NCBI GenBank assembly: GCA_000165345.1 | Contig: CM000433.1 | Location: 352,001 to 416,000 of the forward strand | Length of the DNA stretch: 64,000 bases | Direction of reading: 5' to 3' | Shown: in pieces, positions 44,939-56,300 of the stretch | How the letters are laid out: each line of letters begins with the position of its first letter | Numbering within the stretch: position 1 is the stretch's first letter | Notes under the pieces: generated by a model | Database searches by the model: none | Seen by the model: only the letters and a program-made list of their open reading frames with translations | What the model was told of the DNA's origin: nothing | Made by a program: the position numbers and the translations under genes

Positions 44939-46558
44939 TTAATAGCATGGGATAATATCATCTATCTTTAATATCATCATCACTGTCTCAGTAGCTAACT
45001 TTACAGAAGAAAGGTTAACAAGCAGCGGCTGAAGCACATTCTCCTTAAGAATGTCAGTGACAGCTGCCTTCCTAACATTGATTCCCGCATAAATTTCCCC
45101 ATCAAAATGTTTCTTCCGTAGTTGCGTAACAATTTCAATGGGATTTAGGCCTGCATTTTCTGCAAGCGTATATGGAATGATTTCAAATGCTTGTGCATAT
45201 GCGCGAATACACATCTGCTTTACTCCCGAAAGTGACTTTGCCCAGTTAGAGAGTTCTGTGTAAATTTGGCTTTCGCATGCCCCACCCCCAGGAACTAAAG
45301 CTTGTTCTTTAATAATGCTCCTAACAACGCATAATGCATCGTGAATGCAACGTTCTGTCTCATCTAGCATCAACATATTAGATGCCCTTACAAATATTGT
45401 CATCATGTCTTTTCCTGGTATCCCTGTAATTCTGCAAATACGCCCATTGCCATCTAGATCCTCATCAGAAACTCTGTTAGCAGCGCCAAGTTTGTCTGAA
45501 GTAAAATGGTCAAGTGAAGCAATAGGAGAGCAGTTCAGAGCTTTACTTAAAAATTCAATTTCATCCCTCTCAATATCTTTGACAACAAGAATTTTTGCTT
45601 TAGCGCAATAATCTAATGCCAAAGTACTTATCGCCTCTCTCAATATACTCTTTTGGATAAGTAATACGTTGCAGCCTGTTGCTGCTATCTGTTTAATCAT
45701 TTTGGCAATCAAAAGTCTCTCTTCCCTGAGTAATCGATCCATAGCTGTATAGTCCTTAACTACAATATTATTCTCAATATCTGTCTTTGGAGCTGAGAGA
45801 CAGAACTGAATTAGGCCAATACGAGCGTTTTGAATTCTAGTTGGGCCTCCGGCAGTTCTGGAAACTTTCTGCTGGTGAAGTATCAAGCCATCAACAAGTT
45901 CAGTGTCTTCAACAGTGCCACCAAGCTTTTTCACAATACGAATATTCTTTAAATCAACTGTTTTTCTCATATCTTGCACCTCGTGTTCATAATCAGAAAC
46001 AATCGAATTCTTTTGGTAAGTCCTTGAAATTCCTAAAACTGCATCCACCGCAATGCTTGCCAAGTGTTGAGCGCTATGGCTCACAACTTTAGAGCTTAAA
46101 GATGTGCATGCAGACTTGATCAGTGTGTTTTTATCCGTTAAATCAACCTTGATAGACATGCCTCTAAGTATCTTCTCAATCATGCTACAACCTTCCATAA
46201 AATACTGAGAAATTAGTTGTGGATGAATACCTTTATCTAGTAGCGTCTCAGCGGCTCCAAGTAAACTCCCTGCTAATACAACTACTGAGCTGGTACCATC
46301 CCCAACTTCAACGTCTTGAGCCTTGGATAATTCAACCAGCATTTTTGCGCACGGATGTACTACTGCCATCTCTTTCAAAATTGTAGCACCATCATTTGTA
46401 ATAATAACCTCTCCTTTCTCAATCATTTTATCCATTCCCTTAGGACCCAAACTAGTCCTAATAATCTCGGAAATGACCTTTGCTGCGACAATATTTTCAT
46501 GACGAGTTGTCCTACTTCTTTCGTTTCGACTCAAATTTTCAGATACCATGATTTCCAA
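44939..46558 (-). CDS. T-complex protein 1 subunit delta (CCT4)
   Basis: LGPKGMDKMIEKGEVIITNDGATILKEMAVVHPCAKMLVELSKAQDVEVGDGTSSVVVLAGSLL matches the CCT-delta equatorial domain, including the group II chaperonin GDGTT/S motif. Confidence 0.9.
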   Translation of the reverse strand: MEIMVSENLSRNERSRTTRHENIVAAKVISEIIRTSLGPKGMDKMIEKGEVIITNDGATILKEMAVVHPCAKMLVELSKAQDVEVGDGTSSVVVLAGSLLGAAETLLDKGIHPQLISQYFMEGCSMIEKILRGMSIKVDLTDKNTLIKSACTSLSSKVVSHSAQHLASIAVDAVLGISRTYQKNSIVSDYEHEVQDMRKTVDLKNIRIVKKLGGTVEDTELVDGLILHQQKVSRTAGGPTRIQNARIGLIQFCLSAPKTDIENNIVVKDYTAMDRLLREERLLIAKMIKQIAATGCNVLLIQKSILREAISTLALDYCAKAKILVVKDIERDEIEFLSKALNCSPIASLDHFTSDKLGAANRVSDEDLDGNGRICRITGIPGKDMMTIFVRASNMLMLDETERCIHDALCVVRSIIKEQALVPGGGACESQIYTELSNWAKSLSGVKQMCIRAYAQAFEIIPYTLAENAGLNPIEIVTQLRKKHFDGEIYAGINVRKAAVTDILKENVLQPLLVNLSSVKLATETVMMILKIDDIIPCY

Positions 46559-46944
46559 CTTAAAAAATGCGTTTATACACGCAAGGGCACTTTAATGTAA
46601 GAATTATTAGCTTATGATAATTTTCCAATTTAATTTAATTATTCACATAAATATCGTCAATTTTATTCAAGTCAATATTTAACTCACAACTTGAATTAGC
46701 CCTAAACCCTCAATATTCAATTTGTACTCGACTTAAATTTGATCTTACAACTGTCTACTCGATACCCCGCAAAATAAATGGGCGCCGCTGCGTGGTTCAT
46801 TTTTATTAATTCTAGATACAGAAATATTCATCCAACAATGCTCAATATTGGCAATATGAACATTTAATCAACGCGAATACATATTTTTGATTTATTAATC
46901 AGACTAAAACACTCCTAAATTTACAAGAATAGTAGTTTAGAGAA

Positions 46945-47910
46945 ATGTTTTTTTCTCAAACTAATGTTGGAAACGTAAGCACTGCAGGTCTAGGATTATT
47001 TGGCTCCACTGGGCCTGGGGCAGCGTCAAACTCACTCAATTTGTCTGCAAGTATTACTCAGACTGGGCAATCAATCACTCCGCCTGCTATTCCTGGGAAC
47101 TCGTTATTTCAATTATCAAATTCACAATCTGGAATATCTAATTCATCAAATTTATTCGGAACTTCAAATTTAAATAATTCCTCAATAGGAATACTTGGTA
47201 GTACTGGATCTAATGTATCTCTATTTGGGGCATCTCAGACACAAAATCAACCCCAAACGCAAATAAATCCACAAGCTCAATATCTCCCTTTAAACCCTAC
47301 TATTGGCCAGTTAACTAACTATATTCAAAGCTGGAAGGCTGAATTTGACGAAATTGAAAATCAACTACGTGGGAATGATAAACATATTGAATATTTGACC
47401 AACAATAAACTTATTGAAATTACTCGCTTATGTAGTACATACAAGAAAGGTGTAGAAAGACGAAATGAGGAAATCGAAAACATCAAATCTCTTCAGTTCA
47501 GGGCACAGGATTCAATTGAATCAGTGATATCTGAAATCACAACTGTACAACAGTTGAGTCACGACATTACCCATATTTACGATCGTATTAAAGATATTGA
47601 CCAAAACAACTCCTCAAGACAAATTCAACCGTTAAGATTCCCTTTACCTATATTTGAGTTTTTCTGTGAGAATATGGCAAAAAAGTGTAAGGGTATTGAA
47701 GAGATTATTGGTAATTTAGATAGAGCTGTTTCTTCGTTAAGAGAGGAACTGACCAATGCAACTGCAGAAGATGTGCTTAAATATATTGCAGAAATAATTA
47801 ATAACAACTATGAGGCATTTTATGATTTAGTTACTAAGTGTTCCCAACTTCATGATAAGACAGAGTCTGTTGTAAATATATCTAAATTACACGACGCAAG
47901 TCGGAATTAA
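46945..47910 (+). CDS. FG-nucleoporin, central-channel type (Nup62/Nup58/Nup54-like)
   Basis: N-terminal S/N/G-rich region with LFG repeats (GLFGSTG, NLFGTSN, SLFGASQ), then a C-terminal alpha-helical coiled-coil region. Confidence 0.5.
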   Translation: MFFSQTNVGNVSTAGLGLFGSTGPGAASNSLNLSASITQTGQSITPPAIPGNSLFQLSNSQSGISNSSNLFGTSNLNNSSIGILGSTGSNVSLFGASQTQNQPQTQINPQAQYLPLNPTIGQLTNYIQSWKAEFDEIENQLRGNDKHIEYLTNNKLIEITRLCSTYKKGVERRNEEIENIKSLQFRAQDSIESVISEITTVQQLSHDITHIYDRIKDIDQNNSSRQIQPLRFPLPIFEFFCENMAKKCKGIEEIIGNLDRAVSSLREELTNATAEDVLKYIAEIINNNYEAFYDLVTKCSQLHDKTESVVNISKLHDASRN

Positions 47911-47946
47911 AAACCATGCATAGATATCTAATTAATTTATTATATA

Positions 47947-49176
47947 CTAGACAAAATTGAGCCTCCCCTTTGGGTTCAACATTACTTGTTCAATTTGATC
48001 AATTTCGCTTAAGTCTTCGCTTTCATTACTTTCTTCAAAACCTTCTACAAGATGTTCAGGAATGCACGGAGTTTGCGTATCTCTGTTTAATTCAACACCA
48101 TCAGATTTAAATATATTGCTTATTTCATTCCATTTTTGTAATGTCTCGTTTTCTCTTTGCTTTTTTATTGCCTCTCTTCTGTCATCAATCCACTTCTTAT
48201 ACTGTGTTTCGAACTCCTCGGTTGCTTCGTCTAATTTTTCAAGGAAGCTTTTCATTCCTGTTCCTAAGAAGGAAGATACGCCGACAAACTTCAAATCTCT
48301 GAGAAAACTATTGGACATTTTCTTTTAACTTTAAGTATAAACTTACTTATAAAACTCATACAACGCTAATGCGGATGATCTACTTAAACTTGCCATATAA
48401 GAATCATCACTTGAAAGTACAGAATCTGAAAACAAATCGTAGTCCTTCATCCATTTAGTACATAAAAGATGGTCTGTAACGTCAATTTTGTTAAAAATCA
48501 AAATAAAAGGTAGTTTGCACCTATACATCACGCTGCATGAATAAAGCATATTGGACATGAATGTTACTGGTTTTTGAGATCTAACAGTATCAACTACATA
48601 TGCCACTATTGTTGGAAAAGAAATAGAAAGACCTTCCAATATAATGGACCCACTCGCGGACCAATTAAAAACTTCTATTTGCCCGGGAGTATCAAGTATT
48701 ACGTAGTCAATATCAGATTTAGATTCAAGAATATTCAATACTTGGTCAAATTTGACTGCAAAAAGACTTAGGCATGTCATTATTGCTCCATTTGGTCCTA
48801 ATCCATAATCACTCATTATTTTTTTATAGTTAAAAGTGCTCTTAATATTAATATTCACAGGATATGGGCAAGATAGAACTGCTGGGTCCAAATTAATTGT
48901 ATATACTCGTTTCTTCTCATTTGTTAAATGATGATACAAAGCACTAACAAAAGAAGTCTTTCCACTTCCAGCCATTCTATCAAATAATAAATGTATAATG
49001 TGGCAATTCACAAATAAAACATTATTGCAAGCAATACATTATTTTTATGTCAGATAGCTTCAAAAAATGTAAAAGTTGCAATGTTGTTTGACTTACCCTA
49101 TGACAACAATTACAATTGGGACCTTTTTAGACTGATACTGCTCACTATTAGATTCAACAGTAGTTATATCAGCCAT
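47947..49176 (-). CDS. GPN-loop GTPase 1 (XAB1 / Npa3), three exons. join(complement(49097..49176), complement(48347..48976), complement(47947..48307)), about 356 aa
   Basis: The spliced product VIVVIGMAGSGKTSFVSAL...INLDPAV...YGLGPNGAIMTCLSLFAVKFDQV...YVILDTPGQIEVFNWSASGSIILEGL...ALYEFYNFLRDLKFVGVSSFLGTGMKSFLEK aligns along its length with human GPN1 (LVLGMAGSGKTTF...INLDPAV...[23 protein letters not shown]...VLIDTPGQIEVFTWSASG...[25 protein letters not shown]). Introns of 120 nt and 39 nt; the second donor TATAA|GTAAGT overlaps the apparent stop. Three ORF-track entries (incl. 47947..48318 and 48343..49011) are pieces of this gene. Confidence 0.8.
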
Positions 49177-49508
49177 ATCGGTTTGAAATTAAAGGAGCTT
49201 ACTGTCTTATTATTCGTATTCTAAAGTTTAATTTGCAATTCTTTAAACTAAAATAAAGAATTAGGCGGTAACATAGAGGAATAAGTCAAATTCTGCTTTC
49301 ATGCTATAATTGTCTAAAATTACATGGAATGTATAAGTAATATAGAGGAATGAGCTGAAGTATATAATAACTTAATGTTTTTTCTAGATATACAATTAAA
49401 ATATTTTATTGGAAGCGTGTATTCTGCACACCTCTACTATTGTTTAATTCACCCAGCTTTGATAATAATAAAAAAAAACAGATACAATGAATAAAAATAA
49501 ATTCAAAC

Positions 49509-50891
49509 ATGCTGAACAGTAACTTATCTAAGCCGGTTCAGCTTAACAGAAAAACTATATCTGGAACAAAAAGCAGTGCAAAAAAGGGGATATTAATTGA
49601 TGAGCCTACAAAGCCTGACACACAATTAAAAAGAAGACCAAGTGTAGATATAATCAATGAAGAATTACTCAATCAAGAAACTAAAGCAATAAATAAGGAA
49701 AAATCAAACCTTGCAACAAGGCCAGAGCCTATTTCAAAGGTTCTTTTGGAAGAAGCAAGGGCAAAAAGAGCCAATAAACTAACAACGAAACAAGTTGCTA
49801 GCTCTCCAAAATCCAAAGCTGTGAAACAAAGCCCACAAAAGAAAACAGTTAAAACAAAGTCTTCTGTTGAAACTTCGGGTAAAACTGTTGAGACAACAAA
49901 AAAGCAGCAGGCCAAAAAAGAGATAATTATAGACCATTCTAAGGAATTAGAAGAAGAGCTTGAAAGATTACTGAATGAAATTTCAGAGCTTAAAGAACAA
50001 GAAAAGAACTATAAATCTGAAATAAGTGAGCTTAAGACAGATAATGAAGCAAAACTTTATAAAATAAAAGCATTAGAGAAGCAAAAAGAAGAACAATTTC
50101 AAAATAAAAAAAATTTACAATTAAGTAGTGAATTACTCGAGTCTGGCCATCAGCAAAATATTGATAAAATTCAAAAATTAATAAAGGGATGTAGACGTGA
50201 ACTTGAATTTGGAAATGAAAGTTCTGCAGGAGTATATGATACTGAAAAAGGTGTTGATAAGAAAAGTGATTATAAAGCAGCTAAGAGAAAGAAGGAAAAT
50301 GATATGGGAATAATGGGTCTATTATTATGTGATAAAATATATGATAAATCCTATTTGGATCAGTTAGTCATGATTGAAGAGAGTAATGAAAACATCTGGG
50401 GTCTTAGTGCACGAGACTTAAATGAACTTAATGCTGTACTAAATATTTATAATTCAAATGGAATGAATTCAACAGATATTAAATCACAACTAAACAATTT
50501 AAGCTGGTTTTTAGAAATCTCATCTCAAAGAAATTCCAGCCTTCCTCATATTGCAAATGCATTAGATAAAATAAGCTCTAATAAGTTAGACTTCAAAGGA
50601 TTTTTATCTAATTTGCTAGTGCCATTATTCTCATCAAGCCATTATAGTTATTTGGACCAGCTCTTTGATTTATTTGACATGGATAGTGATTCATTTATTT
50701 CACTAGATGATATGAAAGCTGTTGTAAGAGAAATAGAATGGGAAGAGGTATTCTCAATAAACGATCTTAGATTTTTATTAAAGCAAATGAGCACAAATAT
50801 TTTCAACAAAAACATAGATTCTGAAAGTAACCACAATATAATAATAAGCAGGGAGGAATTCAATGAATTTTTCAGATCTATCCTTGATTAA
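49509..50891 (+). CDS. Coiled-coil protein with a C-terminal EF-hand-like motif
   Basis: Central heptad-rich K/E region (ELEEELERLLNEISELKEQEKNYKSEISELKTDNEAKLYKIKALEKQKEEQ) and an EF-hand-like loop DMDSDSFISLDDM near the C-terminus. Confidence 0.5.
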   Translation: MLNSNLSKPVQLNRKTISGTKSSAKKGILIDEPTKPDTQLKRRPSVDIINEELLNQETKAINKEKSNLATRPEPISKVLLEEARAKRANKLTTKQVASSPKSKAVKQSPQKKTVKTKSSVETSGKTVETTKKQQAKKEIIIDHSKELEEELERLLNEISELKEQEKNYKSEISELKTDNEAKLYKIKALEKQKEEQFQNKKNLQLSSELLESGHQQNIDKIQKLIKGCRRELEFGNESSAGVYDTEKGVDKKSDYKAAKRKKENDMGIMGLLLCDKIYDKSYLDQLVMIEESNENIWGLSARDLNELNAVLNIYNSNGMNSTDIKSQLNNLSWFLEISSQRNSSLPHIANALDKISSNKLDFKGFLSNLLVPLFSSSHYSYLDQLFDLFDMDSDSFISLDDMKAVVREIEWEEVFSINDLRFLLKQMSTNIFNKNIDSESNHNIIISREEFNEFFRSILD

Positions 50892-51220
50892 TGTATTTAA
50901 CTAAAATATCTAATTTTAAAAATCATAGAAAGCTATTATAGATTAAATCATTAATTGTATTTTAAGTTCTCTATACAATATGATTATAGTTTTAATTAAT
51001 TCATGGCTGTATACCTCAACACTTTCCCTTGAAATCTTTACATTGCGACTTTAAGACTAAAAAACCATAAGCTTGTGCGTGATCTCCTAGAACAACACAA
51101 ATGAACAACTTATCAATGGCAATGAATTTCAGATCCAAGATGAATATAAGTTATTCAGTCTTTGACTCAAAGAGTGCAAACCCATATAATATAAATTTGT
51201 CAGAAACTGTTAGTTCTTTA

Positions 51221-52998
51221 TTAATACTGTCTTTCAGTACTATGTCTTCTGCTGTTTCCAGGATAGGTACCACTAGCTCCAGAACAAGTAGTAACACCAA
51301 CAATGTTTACGGAGTCCTTTCGTAACAAATTACAATCTGAAAGCCCAGAAATTGAAGGTGCACGATATTTGTTCCCAAAAGCGCCAGCAGTTGAAGATGC
51401 TATCGAGCCGGTCCGCCTACGATTCCAACATCCAGATGTTGCCGTTCCTGTTCCAGGCTCAATAACAGACCCAGTAGACAATACAGAATTATTCCTTTTA
51501 TATCCATCACTTCCCCATATAACGCTATTTAGCGAGCCGAAGCTTGCAATTTCATGTCTTGGCGGGTGTACTTCATACATGCGGTTATGTGCCTCAGTTG
51601 AACACCTCCAGAATTTTCCCTTTATACCGGATTCATATCTTATTCTACAAACTTCAAATTCAAGAGCCCTCCAGTCAATATGATGCCCAGTTCGATGTCT
51701 AACCTCAATAGCTTTTTTTAAGTGAGCTTGTATGGCACCAGTCCAAAGACCTCTATCCATTGAACTGTCGCAGACATGAAAAACGATCGACTTTTGCACA
51801 TCTTCAAATTCTATAGAGAATCTTCTTTTATTATGAGAAAGATCCATCTGTGCCCTAAACAAAATGAGGTTTACACTTCCTCTTGATGCATTTATACCGA
51901 AAAGACGATATGAAGATTCCGAATCAAACCAATACAAATGGCATTCATGCACTACAACATATCTCTTTTGCCATCTAATTGGTGGTACACTAAATTGTCT
52001 ATCTGACTTTTTATATAAGTATCCTAAAAGATTAATAATAAGAAAATCCTCTTATAGTGTTACAACTTACCAAAAATCGGAGGAACTACATTCAACTGTA
52101 GTTTGTTATGAATGTCGCAAACAACCAAGGTTCCTCTAACAAAACGAAGGGATAAATCATCATCAGATAAGTCAGGGTCAGGTCTACTTGTTTCAGATGC
52201 TCCAATAAGTTCGTACATCGCCCTTCTAGCATTAGTTGTATATTGTGGTATATAGCTGTTGTTAGTATCTGAGAAAGGATCAATCATTTCCCTATTATTA
52301 TTTGAATACCAATGTTTGCATCCATCTTGAAATGTATTAATTTTATAGGACTGATCATTGCTATTATAACTATATAGGCCACTACTATTTAACCTGCATG
52401 GGTCCCTTTCCAACAGTGAACATAATAGTTGGTTTGCCTGATAAACATTCATCTTTTTATTTACTAATGGTTGGCTGCTTTTTTTCTCGATTTGATAGCT
52501 AGAATTATTTTTAATATTCGAGGAAGATTTTCTACAATGCAAATATTCAGAATTATTCTCGTCCTTTCCGTAATTACTATTTCTGTCCTTTTGATTATAT
52601 CGATTCTCTATACCCTTATTTGGAAGGTTTTGAACGTACGAAATGCTGAATCTTCTTCTACTCATGTTTTCAGAATTTCCTATAGCGGTATCATTTTTGT
52701 TCTGATGGAGTGTATCAATAGAAGAATGTAAATCTACATTTAATTTATTTGATTCTTCTCTGCCTGAATACTGTTTCTCTTTTTGAACATAGTTAAACTC
52801 TTTTCCTAATGATTCACCTCCTTTCGAATTCCTTTTTAAAGAGTTATTATAGCACACATCTCTTGTGATTTCAAGCATAGACCTACTCAAATACTTTGAA
52901 TCCAACGGGTCTGAATGTGTTAAGAAAGGAGTTAAATTGCCCAATGACCCATCATAAGATGATGAAAGTCCACCAGATGATCTCCTTGAAAAGCTCAT
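51221..52998 (-). CDS. PH-domain-containing protein with an N/S-rich N-terminal half. join(complement(52071..52998), complement(51221..52023))
   Basis: A 47-nt intron (GTAAGTTGTAA...tcttttAG) joins ORFs 52060..52998 and 51221..51952 in frame (phase 1; ...VVPPIFG|YLYKKSDRQFSVPPIRWQKRYVVVHECHLYWFD...). A PH-like segment ends in the amphipathic helix SMDRGLWTGAIQAHLKKAIE. Confidence 0.5.
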
Positions 52999-53185
52999 TG
53001 AAAACTTAAATATTTACCAAATCGATAAAAAATCATCAAAACTATTCATAATAAGATGGGTATTTGCTGATAGATTTAATTTTTCCCATGAAAATTCATA
53101 TATGATCTGTTTTTAAATTATTTATTTCTATCCCACTTAATAACACACTTTTTGCCAAGTCCCAATTATTTTAGATTCCCGTATT

Positions 53186-53223
53186 CGGAAGGCCGCGCGC
53201 GCGCTTTTGTGGGCGCCGGCTTG
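53186..53223. promoter_or_regulatory. Short GC-rich island with a (CG)5 tract and a GGCGCC core, in the 350-bp region upstream of the PH-domain gene
   Basis: cggaaggccgcgcgcgcgcttttgtgggcgccggcttg is a striking GC block in an otherwise roughly 75% AT intergenic spacer. Confidence 0.3.
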
Positions 53224-53351
53224 TACTTATTTTTACAGATGAGGAAATGACAGATTGTGTAAAAGAAATTAATTGTCCCAATAATATTTTGAGACATCTA
53301 AGCTAGATATTATTCAAAATAGTTTTCTGAAATTTTAACTGTGTACGAATT

Positions 53352-56300
53352 TTACCATCCGAAACCCGAGAACCAGCTAGATTCTTGCCCTCCTGATGGG
53401 GTAGGAGGGGGAGCAGGTGGGGTAGGTTCAGATTGCCCACCTAGCCACCCCCCAAACCATGAAGAATCCTCTGCAGTTTGTGGGGTCGGACTTGGTGTTG
53501 GATTTGAAGGATTTGGAATTTGAAGATTGTTTGTACTAGGATTATTTTGCGTTGGGTTTTCTGTTATGGTTGGGGTAGGAGGAGGAGCGGGAGTTGTTTC
53601 GGATGCCCCAAACCAACCACTAAACCACGAGGACTCCTCTGCAGGAGGTGGAGGTGAAGGTGGAGGTGGACTTGAAGCCAAATTTTCCTTAGCATCTGTA
53701 GGAACTTTTGTTGGCTCTGGGTTTATTGTAGCTGTTGGAGTTGGAGGAGGAGCAGGGGTTGTTTCAGATGCCCCAAACCAACCACTAAACCATGAAGACT
53801 CCTCTGCAGGTGGCTGAGGCTGAGGTTGAGGTTGAGATGTAGGTTGAATCTGAGATGATTGGGGTATAGGTGGACTCGAAGGGGTAGAATCTTTCTTAGG
53901 AGCTTCTTTAGGATTTTTTCTGGGCTTTGGATTTGCTGTTGCAGTTGGAGTTGGGGGAGGAGCAGGGGTTGTTTCAGATGCCCCAAACCAACCACTAAAC
54001 CATGAAGACTCCTCTGCAGGTGGCTGAGGTTGAGGTGGAGTTGAACTTTCCTTGGGAATATCTGTAGGAGTTTTCGTTGGCTCTGGATTTATTGTAGCTG
54101 TTGGAGTTGGAGGAGGAGCAGGGGTTGTTTCAGATGCCCCAAACCAACCACTAAACCATGAAGACTCCTCTGCAGGTGGCTGAGGTTGAGGTGGAGTTGA
54201 ACTTTCCTTGGGAATATCTGTAGGAGTTTTCGTTGGCTCTGGATTTATTGTAGCTGTTGGAGTTGGAGGAGGAGCAGGGGTTGTTTCAGATGCCCCAAAC
54301 CAACCACTAAACCATGAAGACTCTTCTACAGTTGGTTGAGTAGGCTCAGGAGCAGGGGAAATTTTGATGGAAGGAAGCTCATTTATGGGTTTTACAGTAG
54401 CTATATTTTGTTGATTCACTTTGCTTTTTACGGAACTTTTTTTTTTTGCTCCAACATTTTTCATTGCAGGTCTTTCTTTTAAATCGTTTACTTTTGCTGG
54501 TTCCGTGGTTCCACCAAACCAACTACTAAACCAAGATGACTCTTCTACAGGTGCTGGAGTAGGAGGAGGCGGAGGTGGTTGTTCATTTTCTTGTCCAAAC
54601 CCATTCTCTACTATGGTTTGAGTGTTTGCTGAATTATCTATAGGCTCTAAAGGGGGAGGAGGCGACCACTTTGGTTTATCTTTCGGTCTTAAAGTTGGGG
54701 TTGGTGGAGGAGGAGGAGGAGGAGAGCTTTCTGCTCCAATCCCGAACCAACCAGTAAACCAGGAAGTTTCTTGCGCAGGAACAGCTGAGGAAGATGTTTG
54801 AGGTGAATTTTCATGTTCTCTGTTGCCTTCGTTATTAGCTTTTGGAGGTAGTTTGTTTGAAGCCTTCCTCTTTAATTTTTGCTGATTATTTTTAGTTATA
54901 TTTTTTTGTGTTGTCTTTGCTGTTTTAATCTTTGCTTTTGGATTTTCTGGAGTAGTTGAATATCCAAACCAGCCCCAAAATGAGCTTTCCTGTTCGTTTG
55001 TTTCGCATTCCGCCTCTGGTACTGGTCCTTCATCTTTGTTGTAGTTTTCCTCTATTTCCTTTTCTATTTCCAGGTTGTTTTTTTGTGTTGATACATCCTG
55101 ATCTGAAAAATCAATGAAGCTATTTAAATCTATGCTTTCGTCGTCATTCGAAGTTGCTTTAGTGGCTCTTGCATCCGACTTTGAGCTATTATAATATTTT
55201 GTATTGTTTGACTTATTATCAACATAATAACCTTGAGCAAGAGGTGGAGGAGGGGAATTTGCTTGTTTTGCTTTTGGCGAAGAATTGCTATTGACAGCTG
55301 ATTTTTTAATTTGAATCTGATCGTAATTTGCAACTTTTTTATCTAAAGTTTCTTGATTAAAAGTATTATCTTTTTCGATTGGACTAATGTCTTCTTGAAT
55401 TTCATTAGCAGATGAATTATTTCCAAACCAGCTTGAAAACCAGGAGCTGCTTTGATTTTTTGTATCTGACTGCTGTTTTGATGACTTTAAAATCGTTTTC
55501 TTTACCATTTTCAAACTTCCTTGTCGATTTGGATCAAAATTTTCTGCACTATTGTTTGTCTTAGAAATATTTGGGATACTTCTTCTTCCTTTGGCAATTC
55601 TTTGCCCATTCTTTGAACATCTCCTCGTAGTTTGAGTGTTAATTATTCTATCAAATTCATCTTTCCTAATTTTGTCAAGATCTAGTTTCATTCGCATCAT
55701 ATTTCTATGTATTATTGCTCTTTCTAAGCCATTAGATGGAAGCCTCAAGATTTCGTAAAGTCTGCTCACCTTTCTATTTTCTGTGTATTTATTTGTCTCT
55801 AACTCTGAAAAATCAATATTTTTTTCTTGTTCATTGTTATTAGAACATGGTAAATTTTCTTTGATTTTTTGAGGCTTAGTTTTACTAGCCTCTATATTTT
55901 GTGACAAGAGCTTGTTTGTATCTAATAATATATCCTTTAATATTGAGATATCATTTGGTTCAATTGAAAGATTGCAATTCTGAGCATTAGAACTCATATC
56001 TTGCCTTGGAACTCTATCTATCACGCCATATTCTCTCAAAATTGTTTCTATTTGATCTTTTAACAATGCGAAATCATTTGAACAATATATATTATTACTG
56101 TTGCTATTCGCTTTTTCCGAATTTTGTTCATATTTCATATTTTTTGAAAAAGTATTGTTTGCCTCGTTTCTTTCATTTTTTAATTCCATTTTTTTTGATT
56201 TGCTTCTATGACATTTTTTGTAGTGTTTATATTTGTCTTTATGTTTACTCATGTGATTATGCTTGCAACTGGATTTTCTATGTTTCTTTTCCAATTTTGA

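Noticed and set aside
53341-53995. ORFs 53341..53523(+), 53527..53817(+) and 53723..53995(-, other frame) inside the repeat array
   Set aside because: They are generated by the Pro/Gly/Thr codon periodicity of the 156-bp repeats. They translate to poly-G/V/L low complexity and overlap the well-supported 2,511-aa frame.
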